NCBI GenBank assembly: GCA_002719675.1 | Contig: PBID01000016.1 | Span: 76,021-140,020, forward strand | From: Chloroflexota bacterium | GTDB lineage: Bacteria; Chloroflexota; Dehalococcoidia; Lucifugimonadales; GCA-2719675 | Direction of reading: 5' to 3' | Length of the DNA stretch: 64,000 nucleotides | Shown here: in pieces, positions 60,317 through 64,000 of the stretch | Layout: each line of letters begins with the position of its first letter | Numbering within the stretch: the first letter of the stretch is position 1 | Made by a program: the position numbers and the translations under genes | Notes under the pieces: model-generated | What the model saw: only the letters and a program-made list of their open reading frames with translations | What the model was told of the DNA's origin: nothing | Databases searched by the model: none

Positions 60317-60673
60317 TTGATTCAGGGTGTAGCAGGGACTATAATTTGGACAGAAAATTTCACAGAATTATTAGACTTTTACAGGAATGTTTTTGTTACT
60401 GAACCTAAGTCTATTAAAGGACAATTTGCGTCTTTTGATTTTGGTGAAACTAAGTTTGGTTTAGGTATTCACAAGAATGTTAAAGGGATTTCCAAAGAAA
60501 TTTATAGAGTGATGATTAATTTGCGTACGGAAGATATTTTTTTTGAATATGAAAGACTCCAAGCTTTGGGTGTAAAATTTATAAGAATTCCAGAAAAGGA
60601 AAATTGGGGTGGTTGGATAGCTACTTTTTTAGATCCAGATAATAACGTTATTCAGATGATTCAGCAATCATAA
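60317..60673 (+). CDS. VOC/glyoxalase family protein
   Basis: LLDFYRNV, LGVKF..PEKENWGG..TFLDPDNN.IQ; AGGAG upstream of TTG. Confidence 0.88.
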   Translation: MIQGVAGTIIWTENFTELLDFYRNVFVTEPKSIKGQFASFDFGETKFGLGIHKNVKGISKEIYRVMINLRTEDIFFEYERLQALGVKFIRIPEKENWGGWIATFLDPDNNVIQMIQQS

Positions 60674-60684
60674 TGATTTTCGAT

Positions 60685-60846
60685 TTAAGATGACATCGAA
60701 GAGAATAGAATTGATATTGATGCAATTATAAGACCTATTACTGTGATGAGTTGGCTTTCGGTATAAATTATACCAAAGTAAGTAACCGGGATACTTAAAA
60801 TCAATGTCCAAAACGATATATTGTTAAATAGTTCTTTATTTTTCAT
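60685..60846 (-). CDS. 53-aa two-helix membrane protein (below the ORF-track cutoff)
   Basis: MKNKELFNNISFWTLILSIPVTYFGIIYTESQLITVIGLIIASISILFSSMSS; its ATG directly follows the permease TAA. Confidence 0.6.
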   Translation of the reverse strand: MKNKELFNNISFWTLILSIPVTYFGIIYTESQLITVIGLIIASISILFSSMSS

Positions 60847-62439
60847 TTATATTGCTTTCAATAAGTAGGAAAAAATCCAAGCTTGTAAACCAACGATCAG
60901 TAATATCAGTAGGCAATAAGGAATGGCTTTTTTTAATACTTCTCCTTCTTTACCACCTATTCCAACAATTGCAGTCCCTACTAATATTTTTGCTGGTGCG
61001 ATTGATGAAGCGATAGATCCTCCGATAGTTTGAATACTTGAGATTGTAACAATTCCAATCCCTAATTTTGTAGCTGTTTCAAGTTGTAATGCTCCAAACA
61101 TGATGTTTGAACTTGTATTACTTCCTGAAATAAAAGTTCCTAAAGCACCAATGAATGGAGAAAAAATCGGGAAAGTGTTTCCGGTGTTATTTGCAATTAA
61201 CATACTAATTAAGGTTGTCATTCCAGTTGTAGTCATTACCATCGCCATTACTACAATTGAGACAGTTGTTAGTGTTGTAGGGATACATTGATTATAAGTT
61301 TTATGAAATGTTTTTTTCAAATCTTGAAAATTTGAATTTTTATTTGATAAATTTGTAACCCAAAATAGTAATAAAGAAAGTAGAATTATTGGCGCAGGAT
61401 GAGACAGTAATTTGATTTTAGCAAAATTTTGTATTTCATTGGTTTTAAATCCGAGATTAGTTACTGTGGATGGAATGTCTATTGCAAAAAAGAGATTTGT
61501 TCCGATTTCTTTAATAAATGGTATTTGAGACAATAAGCTAAACGATATTAATAGGTAGTATGGCAGAACACTTAAATGGATAGATGTTTTTGATTGAGTA
61601 TTGGAACTTTTCTCAGTTTGTTTTTTTGCAATTGAATTTTTAGACAATATTTTTGTTCTGTTAGATATTACCCAGGCAAATAAACAACCAGATAGCCCAG
61701 CAACGGTAGAGGCAATTTGTGGAGAATTTAATATTGTAGCTAAGTATTGAGATGAAGCCATTATGATGCTAATTACTACAACTAATGGGAGACCATTAAC
61801 AATACCTTTGAATCCTGAATGAATATGAGAGACGGCAAGTCCAGTTAGCAAAATCGGTATGAAAAAAAGAATAGCTAAATGTGGACCTAGTATTTCAGTA
61901 TCAATATTTGTCATTAATTGTAAAGTATAATATGACGACCCAAGAGAGCCAAAAGCTACAGCCCATGAGTGTCCGATCAATGCAATTGCTGATGCTTTAA
62001 ACGGATTCATACCAATTATTACCAATAACGGAGCTATTACAGCGATAGGTACACCAAAACCTGCTATGCCTTGAATTAAACCTGCAAAACACCATCCAAG
62101 AATCAGAGCTTGATGTAAAGGGTTGGAAATCAAAGATGTAATTGTTGTAGCTATATTTTTTATTGAGCCACTTTGTTCTGTTAAATTGTATAACCAGACT
62201 GCAGACCAAATTATGCATAAGACAAATAAAGAGAGAGAAATACCTTTTAAGAAACTTAATGCTGTAATTTCGGAAGTAGATCCAAAAAATATAAAAGATA
62301 TAATGATGCTTGAAATTAGCCCTGCTGCTCCAGCGCGTTGCCCACTCCATTTAAGTGTTGTCATAGTTATGATTAAAATTAGAATAGGAATTACTGAAGA
62401 TATTTTTGCGATTAGGCTGAATTGTTCAAAATTTTCCAA
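60847..62439 (-). CDS. L-lactate permease (LctP) family transporter
   Basis: QGIAGFGVPIA, FISGSNTSSNIMFG, about 14 TM segments. Confidence 0.9.
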   Translation of the reverse strand: MENFEQFSLIAKISSVIPILILIITMTTLKWSGQRAGAAGLISSIIISFIFFGSTSEITALSFLKGISLSLFVLCIIWSAVWLYNLTEQSGSIKNIATTITSLISNPLHQALILGWCFAGLIQGIAGFGVPIAVIAPLLVIIGMNPFKASAIALIGHSWAVAFGSLGSSYYTLQLMTNIDTEILGPHLAILFFIPILLTGLAVSHIHSGFKGIVNGLPLVVVISIIMASSQYLATILNSPQIASTVAGLSGCLFAWVISNRTKILSKNSIAKKQTEKSSNTQSKTSIHLSVLPYYLLISFSLLSQIPFIKEIGTNLFFAIDIPSTVTNLGFKTNEIQNFAKIKLLSHPAPIILLSLLLFWVTNLSNKNSNFQDLKKTFHKTYNQCIPTTLTTVSIVVMAMVMTTTGMTTLISMLIANNTGNTFPIFSPFIGALGTFISGSNTSSNIMFGALQLETATKLGIGIVTISSIQTIGGSIASSIAPAKILVGTAIVGIGGKEGEVLKKAIPYCLLILLIVGLQAWIFSYLLKAI

Positions 62440-62703
62440 AAGGAGTTCCTATGTGTTTTTGATAATTAGATTTTATTTGCGTTAAGAAAATTCGTCAAAT
62501 CTGATTTTTATTAAATTAATTTATATAGTTACTTCAAAATTTTTAATGCTTTTTGTTAATTTTATATTTCTATTTAAAAATTTTCCAAAAAAGTGAATTT
62601 ATTAATATATTAATTGTATTCTACCTATTTTTAAGTTTGAAATTATTTGATAGACCTATATTATATTTGTTTATGATTTATTGTACTCGAGGAGAATGTT
62701 TTA

Positions 62704-63003
62704 ATGGGAACTGCAAGGCGTAAAGAGATAATAGAAAAAATTGCTGATGATCTTGATGAACCAAGGTATCAAGCAGAGGCTATTTTAAATTCTGTATTGA
62801 ATAGTATTAAATCTTCATTAGAAGATGGAAATAAAGTAGTTTTGACTGGATTTGGTTCGTTTTCTGTACGTAAGATTGCTTCTCGCAAGATTAAGCCAAT
62901 TAGGGGAATTGATAATGGAGAATTGGTAAATATTCCTGCACATAATAGAATTGGTTTTACTCCTGGATCAGGATTAAATGAATTAGCACTAAAGTTAGAT
63001 TAA
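62704..63003 (+). CDS. hup: HU family DNA-binding protein
   Basis: SLEDGNKVVLTGFGSFSVR..IPA...FTPG..L. Confidence 0.9.
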   Translation: MGTARRKEIIEKIADDLDEPRYQAEAILNSVLNSIKSSLEDGNKVVLTGFGSFSVRKIASRKIKPIRGIDNGELVNIPAHNRIGFTPGSGLNELALKLD

Positions 63004-63031
63004 TTATTTAGGATTAAATGGAGGATTAAAA

Positions 63032-63916
63032 TTGAAATATTATAGAATTGCATACGGAAATGGATCCTATGGGTTATCAGTAGAGTTGTCTGATGGCGTT
63101 TTGAGTAGTTTAGATAGCTTGAACGATGAAGTTAATGATTTTAGAAAATTATGTAATGCCAGTTATATAACAGGCGTTTCAATTGATGATATTTCTAGAA
63201 ATATATTTTCAAATGGAACTGCTGAAACATTTGATCTTAAAGAGTTGATAAAAAATTCTCAAAATGGAAAAAATCCTCATTTAGCTCCTGCTGTTGATCC
63301 GGATGAAATGTGGGCTGGAGGAATGGGGAATCTGCCTGTTCCTGATGATGTTGTACCTACTTTGCCTGAGCCAAGTAGAGTAGCTTTTGAAGGTGATAGG
63401 GGTATAGTAGTTTATAAAGGAAATTCTAGTAGACTTGCTGGTCCTTTTGGAGAGATAGGTATTAGATCAGATATACCAAAAACAATTTCTGAAGGGGAGC
63501 TGGTAGTGGTAATGTATAAAGGTAAAGTTGTTGGATATTCAACTGGAAATGAAGTTGCAGGTGGTTTAGCTGGTATTACTTTGTGGTATTTAAATCCCAG
63601 CAAAGTTTTCAAGGGTTGTGCTTCCTTAGCACCATGTATTGTGACACCTGAAAGTTTGCCAGATCCTACAAATTTAAAAATGAATCTTACAATCACAAGA
63701 AATGGTGAGGTTGTTGATTCTACTAGTAACATAACCGAACATAGAAGATCGCCAGAAAAATTAGTTTCTGCTGTTATGGATCATGATGTTCCTGCTGAAC
63801 TAAGTATTTTATATACAGGTGGGTGCGTTGCAAGTGCTCCTATGGAAGTTGGAGATGTTGTTAGAATTGACTTAGAAGGTATCGGGTTCGTTGAAAATAC
63901 AGTAATTCAGGTATGA
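63032..63916 (+). CDS. Fumarylacetoacetate hydrolase family protein
   Basis: EMWAGG, IGIRSD..EGELVV, GYSTGNEV, SKVF..CASLAP, LYTG, GDVVRI...IG.VEN. Confidence 0.82.
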   Translation: MKYYRIAYGNGSYGLSVELSDGVLSSLDSLNDEVNDFRKLCNASYITGVSIDDISRNIFSNGTAETFDLKELIKNSQNGKNPHLAPAVDPDEMWAGGMGNLPVPDDVVPTLPEPSRVAFEGDRGIVVYKGNSSRLAGPFGEIGIRSDIPKTISEGELVVVMYKGKVVGYSTGNEVAGGLAGITLWYLNPSKVFKGCASLAPCIVTPESLPDPTNLKMNLTITRNGEVVDSTSNITEHRRSPEKLVSAVMDHDVPAELSILYTGGCVASAPMEVGDVVRIDLEGIGFVENTVIQV

Positions 63917-63933
63917 TATAGGTTATAGAAAAT

Positions 63934-64000
63934 GGCGACGTGGCCAAGTGGTTTAAGGCGGAGGTCTGCAAAACCTCTATTCATGGGTTCGAATCCCATC
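63934..64000 (+). tRNA. tRNA-Cys(GCA), 3' end truncated by the window edge
   Basis: GGCGACG acceptor 5' strand, D arm GCCAAGTGGTTTAAGGC, anticodon arm GAGGT-CTGCAAA-ACCTC, T arm ATGGG-TTCGAAT-CCCAT. Confidence 0.95.

Noticed and set aside
726-63732. Many 60-150 aa antisense or off-frame ORFs inside recognised genes (e.g. 35567..36016, 53053..53499, 30521..30922)
   Set aside because: They lie fully inside conserved genes, carry no motifs and are typical antisense shadows.
4221-63916. Other TGA-terminated genes (CysRS fusion, rseP, tsf, class III aminotransferase, FAH) as Sec read-through candidates
   Set aside because: The proteins are already full length, there is no redox-motif context, and I saw no comparable downstream hairpin.

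Overview
AT-rich (by eye about 30% GC), gene-dense bacterial chromosome segment, mostly housekeeping. Gene content and variants (short EF-Ts, extended GreA, divergent HU arm, MetE2/RraA/FAH/M19/BNR paralogues) suggest a streamlined Chloroflexota/Dehalococcoidia (SAR202-like) organism; this is an inference. It holds pyk, metG, rsmI, dapB, rpsO-pnp, glcB, ispH, asd-dapA, purA, the rpsB-tsf-pyrH-frr-uppS-cdsA-dxr-rseP-ispG-proS cluster, polA, metK-ahcY, hemW-selB and a truncated tRNA-Cys. I saw no mobile elements, CRISPR or rRNA. Best leads: (1) a complete cysteinyl-tRNA synthetase fused to a GT-A/GT2 glycosyltransferase domain; (2) a hidden glutaredoxin-like selenoprotein ending G-U-T-F-stop, with a SECIS-like hairpin and selB in the same window; (3) GreA fused to a tyrosine-recombinase core-binding-like domain; (4) an unannotated ~145-nt minus-strand transcript candidate with a -10 box, four GUGUU repeats and a GC-rich terminator; (5) a frameshifted Rid gene, a missed 53-aa membrane protein and a perfect 13-2-13 palindrome.
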